Positions 24,890 through 35,344 of a DNA stretch of 64,000 nucleotides are shown one piece after another (positions within the stretch are counted from its first letter, which is position 1; each line of letters opens with the position of its first letter). The translations under genes and the position numbers were made by a program. The stretch spans positions 62,001-126,000 of the forward strand of contig NW_003314412.1 in assembly GCF_000143415.4 (NCBI RefSeq). The letters are read 5' to 3'. The stretch is from Selaginella moellendorffii (taxonomy: Eukaryota > Plantae > Lycopodiophyta). Below the pieces are notes generated by a model that was not told the origin of the DNA, ran no database searches, and was given only the letters and a program-made list of their open reading frames with translations.

Positions 24890-27800
24890 TCAGGGTTCTC
24901 TTGTAGACGGGCCGGGATCTGGAGGAACATTAGGAGGAGGCATCGGCGGATTTGTAGATGGTATTAACTGCTCCTGATCCTTTTGTATGAAGCGTTTCAA
25001 CCGTTGCACATGCACAATCTCTGGAGGATTGGCCTGCTGGACGTCATGCCGAACCTCATAAACTTGTGGTCCAACTTGCCGCAACACCCGATACGGTCCT
25101 TTCCACTGTGCAAGGAGCCCCTTAGATAAACCACGTACCGTAAGATGGGGAAAACGGACTAACACCAAATCATCCACTTTGTACTCTGCAGGTGGACGAT
25201 GACGAGAGTTGTAGCGCTGTTGTTGTCCCACTTGTACGCGGCCTAAGTGTTCGGCAGACTCTGCTCGGACAAGTGGAAGAATGCTTGTCAAATATTGATC
25301 CCATGACCTAGCATCTGCAGCTCGTGGCAATCGCGAAGGTAAATTCAGCTTCGTTGGTAATATTGGATCATGACCATATAGGAGTTTATATGGTGAAGCA
25401 CCAACAGAACTCTGCACCCCAGTGACATATGCATACCGAAGAGACGGCAAATAACCATCCCAATCCGAATGCTGAAAGTTCACGTACTTCGCAATCATCC
25501 TTTTGAACGTCCGAACGAGCCGTTCCACCAGACCGTCTAATTGTGGATGATAAGCACTCGTGAAAGTGTGGCGAATCCCCAACCGAGACGTCAAAACATG
25601 AAACGCCTCAGCTATAAAAGCGGGACCATTATCCGAAAGAATCCGCTTTGGACAAGAATGCTGGAATACCACTTGATTGAGGAGGAAGTATCCAACAGCA
25701 GTTGCAGAGGCACTAGCAAGAGCACCAACTTCCACCCAACGAGTCAAATAGTCAGAAGCAATAATAACATACTCATTGCCAGCAGTTGACCGTGGAAAAG
25801 TTCCCATAATATCAAACGCCACCAATTCAAACGGACGGGAAACTGCAATTGACTCCAACCATCCTTCCGCAGTCTGAGGGGGAGTATTATGAGCTTGGCA
25901 CCAAACGCAGCTACGCACATACCAGATAATATCACATCTCATCTCCGGCCAATAGAAAGACCTGCGTAGCTTCTCGATTACACGACGATGTCCCATATGC
26001 CCACCTAGAACAGGAGAATCATGGTAGGCATGGAGAAACCGCGGAATAAAGATAGAAGGCACCACCAGCCGTAATTGATCATCAGGATCTATCCCCACAA
26101 AATAAAGAAGGCCACCTTCAAGACGATATTGAGAATGTAAATGCCGGAAAGGCAAGTCATCAGCAAGTGATGCAGGATTCTCAAACCCATCTCAAAGCCT
26201 TCGAATCCATGGCTTAATCTTTTGAGCCTCACGAACCTCATCAAGCGAAGGTAGATCTTGCTCTGCACCTTGTGGACACTGACCGTCAAGTATAGCAACC
26301 GCCGACGGCACAGAATCCTCGTCTAGAAAATCCACAGATGCGAAACATGATAAGAGAATGAAGAAGGAAGAGAAGCTCGAGAAAGGGCATTAGCATCAGC
26401 CATAGAACTCCCTGGGCGGTGAACAACATCAAAATTATATATCTGAAGCTTCAAAGCCCACCGAGTAGTACGACCAACTAGGTTCTTTCGCTTTAATAAC
26501 AAAGTAACAGCAGCATGGTCACCTTCAAATAACGTCCGAGAACCATATAGATATGCATAAAGTTTCTCGAAACCCCAAACTGCTGCTAAACACTCCTTCT
26601 CTATCGTGGAGTAGTTCATCTCCGCTGGTTGTAATGTACGGCTTATATATGCAATGGGATGGTGTTGACTAGGCACATTCGAGCTCTCTTGCATTAACAC
26701 ACCTCTAAAACCAATGTTAGAAGCATCCACGCGCAAAATAAAAGGTCAAGTGTAGTCAGGATATGCCAAAATCGGAGGAGTTGTCAATAACTTTTTGAGA
26801 TCCCCAAACGCCCGCTCACAATCCGAAGACCAGATGAAAGATGATGTTGATGACTTCAACAACACTCGCAATGGTGCAGTGCGATCAGAAAGATGATCCA
26901 CAAAACGCCCGAGATACTGCACCTTGCCCAAGAAGCGCTGCACATCATTCACACACTTCGGAGTAGGGAACTTTAGAACAGCCACAAGTTTTTCAGGATC
27001 AACTTGCAAACCCTCACGAGAAATACGGTACCCAAGATAAGTTGTGTTCTTAGATCCAAATACGCACTTCGACTGCTTCAGCTTTAAACCAACGTCGCGT
27101 AGCCGATCCAACACTTTACAAACATCACGAACGTGCTCCTCCCATGTCCCCTCCGAGTGGATCAAGACATCATCAATGAAGTCAGTAGTCAACTCCGGCA
27201 TATCACAAAGAACCTAGTCCATCATCCGTTGAAAAGTTGCTGGAGCATTGTTCAAACCAAATGGCATCACCAAGAACTCATACAAACCAAATGATGTATG
27301 AAAAGCAGTCTTAGGAATATCTTCTTCGGCCATTGGTACTTGCCAGTACCTAGAAGCAAGATCTAGCTTGGTGAACCAACGACTTTGCCCCAGACGATCC
27401 AAGAGATCAGCAGTGTGAGGAAGAGGGTACACATCCGGGATCATTACGTCGTTTAACGGACGGTAGTCGATGCAGAAATGAATACTCCCATCAGGCTTCG
27501 TCACAAGATGAGGTTCACATGCCCAAGGACTTCGCGACTTCCAAATAACACCCTTCTCCAACATCTCTTGGACATTTGCACGTAAAATCTTGATCTCCTT
27601 TGGTGACCGATGACGAACAGGAACTTTGATTGGATGAGCATCCCCAGTTAGAATCGGATGACGTGTAGCAATCTTGGCTCCAGACGATAGGTCAAAGTCA
27701 AAGAGATCAGAATACTCCTTCATGAGACAGTCAACTGTTGCAACACAAAGATCGTCGGAGGGATCGAAAAAGGGAAGAGCAGAACAAGATGGAAACACAG

Positions 27801-28335
27801 GAGGAAATAATGGGGGAACAAAAGTAATGGAATCAGAGGTAGAAGTAAAGGGACGAAGAGGTACGGATGTGAGAGGAATGGAGGAAACATAAGGAAGTAT
27901 GAGACAAGGGGGAGAAGCCTTAAAGTCACACTTGGCATGATTGCGCTGCAACCAATCCATACCAAGAATGAGGTCAAAAGCTTGACTCGGCACCACCCGC
28001 AACGACTGCAACTCAAGCTCGAGATCGCCCACACACACAACCAGGTCTGCCTCATCCCGTGCACATGCATGTGTACGGCCGTTGCCATAAAGAATGAAAA
28101 CTGGTTCCTCCGCACGACGCAAGTGTAGACGACAACGTATGGCAATAGGTCAAGCAATAGAAGATAAACTCGAACCTGTATCAACCAACACGAAGAGAAT
28201 AATAGGAGACCTCTTGTTATAAAGATGAGCTTGGAAAGTAAACACTGGATGAACTGGTGCCGAGTGAACCCCTTGATGATACTCCCGAAAGAAAGATGGA
28301 GGGGTCACTGACTTATTCGCGCAAGGTTCCTCCAT
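24890..28335 (-). pseudogene. pol (protease, RT, RNase H, integrase with GPY/F motif), interrupted by stops
   Basis: LVDTGSS; DYRPLN, MPFGLNNAPATFQR, FIDDVLI; VDAS...EKECLA...ANALSR; H-H-C-C, DIMG, SDNG, VERLVR, WKGPYRV. Confidence 0.92.
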
Positions 28336-29267
28336 TACTCACGCGACTCCTCGTTTCCGGGATTTATCTCGGTGTCCAAACCTTTCACTGCAGCAGCACC
28401 AATGGGACGTTGTTGACGCCAAGGTCTCCACCCAGGAAATGGAGGTCGCCAATCCAAAAAGCACCGACAACACCGATAAGTATGACCAACTTCATCACAC
28501 GCCCAGCAACGAACATCACGGCCACGACCACGTCCTCGTCCTTGTCCTTGGACTCGAGTAGCAGCAGCATCAACCTCCATGGGAACAGGACCATCACTCA
28601 TAGAAAGTGGAGTGGAAGGACGTGCAGCGAGAAGTGGAAGAGGCGACGTCTCATAACGTTGTGCCAAATGAAGAGCATCGTCAAGGGTGGCAGGAGCAAG
28701 TGCATGCACAAGGCCAACAAGATCTTGACGAAGTGCTGGCCACAACATTCCTAGCTTGATCCGCTCCGACATATTGAGCTCCGCACGAAGCAAAAGACTT
28801 CGGAAACGAATGCCAAATTGCATCACGGACTCAGATGGCCCTTGGCGAAGACGATGCAATTGTTGGAAGGCATCGTCACAATTGTCGGCATGTCCGAAGG
28901 CGCGTTTGAAGACGTCCGGAAGAACACTCCAATCCTCACGAGTGGCCGCACTCAATCCATTGTACCACTGCAACGCCATCCCTTGGAGACACGTGGGAAA
29001 CTCATGTAAACGTCAAGCATCATCCCAAGAATGATATGTGGCAATCACCGTGAAGTGATCGAACCAATGGTACACATCATCCCTGGGATTCCCACGAAAG
29101 AACTCTGGCCGAACGCGAGGATTGGCACCAAGAGCAGGAGGAGTTGGACCACGTGCTGTGAATGCCGCCATCAATTAAGTTTGGTTGTTCAATTGCAAGC
29201 GTATAGCATCAAGCAATTGGACCAACTGCTGCTCGAGAGTCAAAGGAGGAGATTGCTGATTTGCCAT
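28335..29267 (-). pseudogene. gag (capsid and CCHC knuckle), with in-frame stops
   Basis: F.G...DDVYHWFDHF, LQGMALQWY, LRQGPSESV and knuckle CWACDEVGHTYRCC. Two premature stops upstream of 28979. Confidence 0.85.
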
Positions 29268-30239
29268 GGAAACGAATGAAAAAGAAAGAGCAAAAGAAGA
29301 GAAATGACAAAAAGCTAGAAGGAAATGGTAAATCTAGACAATGCAAAAAGTTAGATCTAAACCAAAATCCCAAATCCAAGCACTCCCCAGGGACAATCAA
29401 AGGTGCCCCTCACTTCCACCAATGTGAGTGCTTGGAATATGGAAAGGGAATATAGAAATGTGCATATCAATTAGCCCAAAAGCCCTAGTTTATATACATG
29501 AGCGAGTGGTCCGGATTGAAACTAATCCGACGGCTACCAAAATCCCACTACGCTAATATTAGTATACGGCATCGTAACCGTACACTTGGCCCTCACAATA
29601 TTAATTTTTTTATTTTTAACAGAAATAAAAATTAAATTTGAAACTATATAATAAATGATTCACTATTGCCTCTCTTATGACATTTTTCATTTACCCTTAC
29701 TGTTATACCTATTATAAAAAAGTAATTTATTTTTATATTTATGAATAATTATATAAAAAATTAAATATAATACAGTTTCTTGCTTTTAGAAGAATCAAAT
29801 AATTTTATTTTACTTATAATAAATTAAAATATTATAGCATTTTAAGGAGAGTTGTTACTAATTCAAAATTGATACAATATAACATAAATTTTAAACTTCA
29901 AAAAACACTAGTAATAATTAAAACACTTGGAAGCAACATTTAAAGATTGAATCAACTTAACATGAAATCACGGAAAAAGTTTCTTGAGATTTCATTTCCA
30001 TAATGTTTTTTATGCCACACCAAGATACACATTTTGAAGTACTAGAAGAAATATTATACACTATGCAAAGATTTTATGCTTTATGAAATTCATTTGAATT
30101 TCCAAATACAAAATTTTCCAAACTCATGGATATTTGATTTTGGGATTTATATGAATGAGCAATTGGAAGCAAGGTAGGTTCATTATGTCTTCAGTACATG
30201 AAATGAAAATATGAAGAGAAAGAACTTGTTTATGCAATC

Positions 30240-30980
30240 TCAAAACATTCAAGAATATTCTAGAACCAGCCTGCGGTTCCTGAATACCATCTCTCCGGGC
30301 TCTCTTAGCTCGTCTCCAAAGCCTGGCGCCAGGTTAAATACTACATCTATTCGCGTGCCCCGGGAGCACTTTTCGGCTGGATTTCCTCACGAATTCGAAA
30401 GAAGTGTGGGCAGCAACGTTGAAAGCTTGCTCCTAGTGGAAACCTCACAAACCCGAGATGATCGTCCCCAATCCAGTCACTCGCTGCTACCACTGAACTG
30501 GGCTAAGGATTCAATCGCTTCAGTCGCCAGTTTCCAAGTGTTCCCAGACTCCAGCTTCCGGGTGGCTGTACCCCAGGGGAATCATCACCGACGAAGTGAC
30601 GACCTTCGACAACTTAAATATGGATTTTGCAGCGATGAAAGCCACATTTTCTTCATCACAGACTACTCGCTCAAGTCTGTAAACTTCCTTGATCGTCACT
30701 CGCTGGTGAGGATTCCTGGCATATGGAAGAGCCTTCCCCCGGAATTCATAATCAGTCTCAAGCTCAGCTTCTCTTCATACTGCCTATTCGATGTGCATCT
30801 CCTGCTGGTTGGACAAATCCTCTGCCGGATTCCGAGTGGAGGGCCATCAACATATCCTCCAAGTTCTCGTGCGAAGTGCCAGGTTTTGTGATTCTTTCCA
30901 TTCTTCTTTGTTTTTTCGTGCAGGTGTCTCGGCCGAGAGGGATTGAAACTATTCCAATCACAGAAGATCGTACATGAAAC
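30240..30980 (+). pseudogene. F-box-associated-like relic, copy 2, preceded by a partial HSE array
   Basis: CAAAACATTCAAGAATATTCTAGAACC at 30241 matches 22764. GGGCAGCAAC...TTGCTCCTAGT and TTCCCAGACTC match copy 1. Confidence 0.5.
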
Positions 30981-31277
30981 ATATTGAAACTCTACATATT
31001 AGTTTTTACAAATGTGATACATCTTTTGGATAAGAGGCTCGGTCACAAAGAGTCCCCACCGATCTTACTGCCCACTCGCGAGATTTCGTAAAAAACAGAG
31101 AAAGGATGCATTGAGTTTGATGACGACGTGTATCTGTTTTCCCTGTATCCATGCGTGCAGCGGTACCAGTGCTCGCCACTGGCAAATGCGTACCATGGCG
31201 AAAGATCTGTTTAGAGAGACCAGTGATCTATTCTAGATTTCCATTATTTCCAAGAGCCCTAATTTACAAGATCACTT

Positions 31278-31724
31278 CTACTCTACTTGGATAGTTCTTG
31301 GCTGAGGCTTGGGGATCTTTGGAACTGTGACCGTGAGGACGCCATTCTCCACTTGGGCTTTGATCGCATCCACATTGGCGCTCTCGGGCAGCCGGAATTT
31401 CCTCAGGAAGCTCCCATAGCTGCGCTCCACGCGGTGCCACTTATCGCTCTTCTGTGCCTCGTGCTTCTTCCTCTCGCCACTGATCTGGAGAGTACGGCCA
31501 TCTTCCACGCTGATCTTCACCTCCTCCTTGCTCAGCCCCGGGAGATCGGCCTTGAAGACGTGCGCTTCGGGCGTCTCGAGCCAATCCACGCGAGTGTTGG
31601 CGACGGCGCTCGCATCCCTGGCCATCTGCTTCGAGGGCTCGTGGCCACCAGCCAAGATCGACGAGAGCTCGTCGAAGGGATCGAAGATGCTGCTGCCATT
31701 GCCACCAGAGAAGTGCAAAGCCAT
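31278..31724 (-). CDS. Class I small HSP, copy B
   Basis: 148-aa ORF nearly identical to copies A and C. Confidence 0.96.
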   Translation of the reverse strand: MALHFSGGNGSSIFDPFDELSSILAGGHEPSKQMARDASAVANTRVDWLETPEAHVFKADLPGLSKEEVKISVEDGRTLQISGERKKHEAQKSDKWHRVERSYGSFLRKFRLPESANVDAIKAQVENGVLTVTVPKIPKPQPRTIQVE

Positions 31725-31797
31725 ATCTGGAACTTAGAAGACGAAGAAGAGATTTGTGACGTGCTATTGATCGATGCTGGGCCAAGAGATTGCTCCA

Positions 31798-31885
31798 CTT
31801 TTATATAGAGCCATGGACATCTCTAGAGTGTTCCAATACATCCTAGAATATTCTAGAAAAGTGATATTCCAGAAGATTCTATATC
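31798..31885 (-). promoter_or_regulatory. TATA box and HSEs of sHSP copy B
   Basis: CTATATAAAAG on the minus strand, plus GAAtaTTCtaGAA and TTCcaGAAgaTTC. Confidence 0.85.
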
Positions 31886-31944
31886 AATTTAAAATGACTG
31901 ATTTTCAACTGATCAAACTTACTGTGAATACGAGTCGCTGTTTA

Positions 31945-32930
31945 CTACATTATCCTGATCTCTCCATTTTCTCTCGTCTTCCACCCAATGTTTCTCATCT
32001 TGATCATGGAATGCCCGAAGTCCCAGGCAAACTTATCGGGATTGTTCCCGTAAAACTTCACCAGTCCACTCGTGAATTGACTCTCAAAGAGGTCCTGGTC
32101 AGAGGTGAGAAGACCATTCCTCTTCTCAAAGCTCTTGAAGTACCAGTTATCGAAATTAAACTGGGAGCCCCTGTCAAACTCGACTGTGTTCGCGGTGAAA
32201 TCTCCTCCAAGAGGGCATTTTTTCCGGAGATATGGCCAATACTCGGGATTCACTGTTTCATCTGGCTTGCTGGTGTTTTTGAAGTTGTATATGCGATCAA
32301 ATCGGCCGTTGGCGAAAGTAGAACACTTGGAGGTCCCGACTGTGTGAGCTCCTGCCAAAAACTTCTGTAAGAATTTGTTAAGATAGTTTTATTCATCCAA
32401 CCTGATAGAACAACGAGATCTTGAATGGATTAGCCTTGGTTCCTAGAGCTGCAGCATCGCACGATGGACCTCAGTGTTGTGCTTGCCAGATCGAAGCTTG
32501 ATATTCTTCCATCGTAGCGCCCAGTGACTAATTCATAGTGCCGGCCTCCCATCTAAAATATCATATGATCATTCGAGGGGAAAAATTCAGTGCCTTCAGT
32601 CACTTCACACAAAAACGATCAAAGCGATGCTAACCTTGACTGTCGAATCCCTGGCGCCGATGGCAATTGTATCGGCACACGACACCACAGGCTTTCTCCA
32701 ATCTTTGCATCGTCAATAACTTCGAATCCCCGCGCTGAATTGTTGTTTGGAAGGGAGAACTTCTCGACGTTGGTACCATCCGTTGGGGGACCGTTGGATC
32801 GCGATTGGCGTAATCGCAGATCGTGTCGCGGATCGGATGATCCGCTCCGCATCGGGACAAGTTTGCGCTTAGCTGTGTCCAAATCCAATCGAGTGTGACA
32901 AGACTCGATCGCTCGAACGTGTGGAAGCCA
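31945..32930 (-). pseudogene. Class III peroxidase pseudogene (inverted paralog of 13792-15029)
   Basis: The last exon closely matches (GAHTVGTSKC..FANGRFDR...IGWKTRENGEIR). The 5' part is frameshifted, the distal-His FHDCF segment is deleted, and exon 3 has a stop (NQG*). Confidence 0.88.
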
Positions 32931-33239
32931 TGGATCTTGAAGTAGCTCTATAGAAGAAATAGCTTGAAGAGCTATGACTCTTTGCTTGTTTTGGGAAATG
33001 CGTTCTTCGGCTGACCATTATATATGAATTTCGGTTTGAACAAACGCGTCTTGATTTGTGTCCCGTACTCCTTGAGTACAAATATTGCCAAGTTTTGAGT
33101 GTTTTCCTCAGGTTTTCAGAAACGCTCCAGAGATGGTTCCAGACAATCTCTCTAACCTATATACGAAAGCTCCCAAGAAACTTCGGCCAGTACTAAACCA
33201 TTTTCTTTCCAAACATCCCGCAATTACTGTTTTCTTTAA

Positions 33240-33937
33240 CAAAGTAGATCCAGAAAGTCTATATACCATCAAGACGCTTGAAATGGTGGCTAGCAAGACA
33301 TAGCTTGCTCCGCCAAGTTTTCCTCCCAAGCCCTTGATCCTAGCAAGCTTATCCAGTCGACTTCGTCTGGAATAAATGGGGCACTGGAGACGAGCTCTCG
33401 AGCATCCCTGATTCTCCCAGCTCGGCAGAACAATCCTGGCATGCATCCATACTTCTGCTTGCTCGGGATCATCTCGAAATCCAGACAGAGCGATTGAATC
33501 CCACAGGAACATCACCAACACGCTAGAACACTTGTGAAAGTTGCATCGTTGGGCTTAACACCGTCAACTTGCATGGATTTTAATACTTCTAGGTTCTTAG
33601 AATGTTTTCTGTTGCTAGAATACATTGCAAGAAGAGCCGTCCATGAAACTGGGCCTCGTTCTGGCATCCTGTCAAAGAGGAGTATAGCTTTGGTAAGATT
33701 TCCTCTCTGAGAGTAACCCGAAAACATCGCAGACAAAGTTCTTCTCTCGCATTGATTTAAAAACCCACTCCACCTCTCTGTAACTTGGGAATATATCGAG
33801 AGCATCGCATTCCATAACACGAGGCTCTTTTCCTCCATCTTGTCAAAGAGATGTTGTGATTCTTCCAGATACCCTATTTGGGCATATACAAGAAGAGTCT
33901 TCCAGATAGCTGGTATTCCACGTACCAGGTTTCCCAA
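33240..33937 (-). pseudogene. Frameshifted PLS-PPR pseudogene
   Basis: LVLWNAMLS, VSWTALLAMY, GVKPNDATFTSVL and YGCMPGLFCRAGRIRDARELV occur in different frames. Confidence 0.8.
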
Positions 33938-33939
33938 TT

Positions 33940-33962
33940 TGCTGGCTCTGGGGTTCGAGCCT
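33940..33962 (-). pseudogene. 3' fragment of a decayed tRNA-Leu copy
   Basis: TTTGCTGGCTCTGGGGTTCGAGCC versus TTTGCTGGCTGTGGGGTTCGAACC at 20631, in the same position relative to a PPR gene. Confidence 0.55.
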
Positions 33963-34075
33963 CAGTACAATCCAAGCTAACTGTTTTCTAACAAATCGGA
34001 AGATGGACGTCAAAGAAAAGAGGGCTCTTTATTTGATTCTCTTTCTCAAGAGCCCTAATTTACAAGATCACACTT

Positions 34076-34522
34076 CTACTCTACTTGGATAGTTCTCGGC
34101 TGTGGCTTGGGGATCTTTGGAACTGTGACGGCAAGGACGCCGTTCTCCACTTGGGCTTTGATCGCATCCACATTGGCGCTCTCGGGCAGCCGGAATTTCC
34201 TCAGGAAGCTCCCATAGCTGCGCTCCACGCGGTGCCACTTATCGCTCTTCTGTGCCTCGTGCTTCTTCCTCTCGCCACTGATCTGGAGAGTGCGGCCATC
34301 CTCCACGCTGATCTTTACCTCCTCCTTGGTCAGCCCCGGGAGATCGGCCTTGAAGACGTGCGCTTCGGGCGTCTCGAGCCAATCCACGCGAGTGTTGGCG
34401 ACGGCGCTCGCATCCCTGGCCATCTGCTTCGAGGGCTCGTGACCACCAGCCAAGATCGACGAGAGCTCCTCGAAGGGATCGAAGATGCTGCTGCCATTGC
34501 CACCATAGAAGTGCAAAGCCAT
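34076..34522 (-). CDS. Class I small HSP, copy C
   Basis: 148-aa ORF nearly identical to copies A and B. Confidence 0.96.
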   Translation of the reverse strand: MALHFYGGNGSSIFDPFEELSSILAGGHEPSKQMARDASAVANTRVDWLETPEAHVFKADLPGLTKEEVKISVEDGRTLQISGERKKHEAQKSDKWHRVERSYGSFLRKFRLPESANVDAIKAQVENGVLAVTVPKIPKPQPRTIQVE

Positions 34523-34595
34523 GTCTGGAACTTAGAAGACGAAGAAGAGATTTGTGACTTGCTATTGATCGATGCTGGGCTAAGAGATTGCTCCA

Positions 34596-34692
34596 CTTTT
34601 ATATAGAGCCATGGACAACTCTAGCGTGTTCCAATACATTCTAGAATATTCTAGAATATTCTAGAATAGTGATATTCCAGAAGATTCTAGAT
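34596..34692 (-). promoter_or_regulatory. TATA box and extended HSE array of sHSP copy C
   Basis: TTCtaGAAtaTTCtaGAAtaTTCtaGAA (6 alternating pentamers) plus TTCcaGAAgaTTC. Confidence 0.9.
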
Positions 34693-34725
34693 CAATTAAC
34701 CATAAAAATTAACAACAGTGTCTTT

Positions 34726-34799
34726 TGTCTGAGCCCGGTTTCGAACCGGGGACCTCTAGTGTGTGAGACTAGCGTGATGACCAACTACACCACCCAGAC
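34726..34799 (-). tRNA. tRNA-Val(CAC), second copy
   Basis: Reverse complement of 15086-15159 except for one T-loop base (TTCGAAA vs TTCGAAC). Confidence 0.96.
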
Positions 34800-35344
34800 T
34801 TATTTGTTTATTTCGCTTATATTTTCATCGGTTTAATTATACCTTGATAATTTTACTGGAAACAAATAATTTTGCTTCAATATTACAGAAGATTACAAAG
34901 CACACTATGAAATATCACAGCACCCGGCAAAAAAAATTAGCGAAAGTGGATCCAATTTTGTTGGAAAGAATCGACGTCGTCAAAGAGGCTGTGTGCTCCA
35001 ATTCTAGGCTGTGAGGAGATTTCGTGCTTCTTGGTTCCATGGCTTGCTTCTGTCAAAGCCAGGCTTGGCTTGGCTGGCTTTGTAACTCTATAGAGATATA
35101 AAGAGAGCCAATGTTACCTATCGTTGGATTTTTATTGGCACAGCAAACGCAGCTTCCCAAAGTGTCGTTGCAAATGGAACTCTGTAAAGCTTCTCGCAGT
35201 CTTGTCTGGAGAAACAAGAGTTTTGACTTGGAAGGAAGCCTCCTGAAGAAGCATCAAAGAACTTAGTCCCGGCGACGAGGAGAACTTGAAAATCAGCATT
35301 GCCGAACCTGAGCCTCTTGGGAGGTTTTCTCTCTTCGTTTGCTG

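Larger units (their letters stand above)
24683..29597 (-). mobile_element. Full-length but decayed Ty3/gypsy LTR retrotransposon (no chromodomain), 4.9 kb
   Basis: 175-bp LTRs (24683-24857; 29423-29597, TGTGAG...CTCACA) with 5 mismatches. ATAT flanks both ends. PBS TGGTGGAAGTGAGGGG, PPT GAGAGGGGGGGA, domain order gag-PR-RT-RH-INT. Confidence 0.96.

Noticed and set aside
31287-34606. Duplicated 173-aa antisense ORFs over sHSP B and C
   Set aside because: Antisense shadow of GC3-rich codon usage; conservation is explained by the sense gene.
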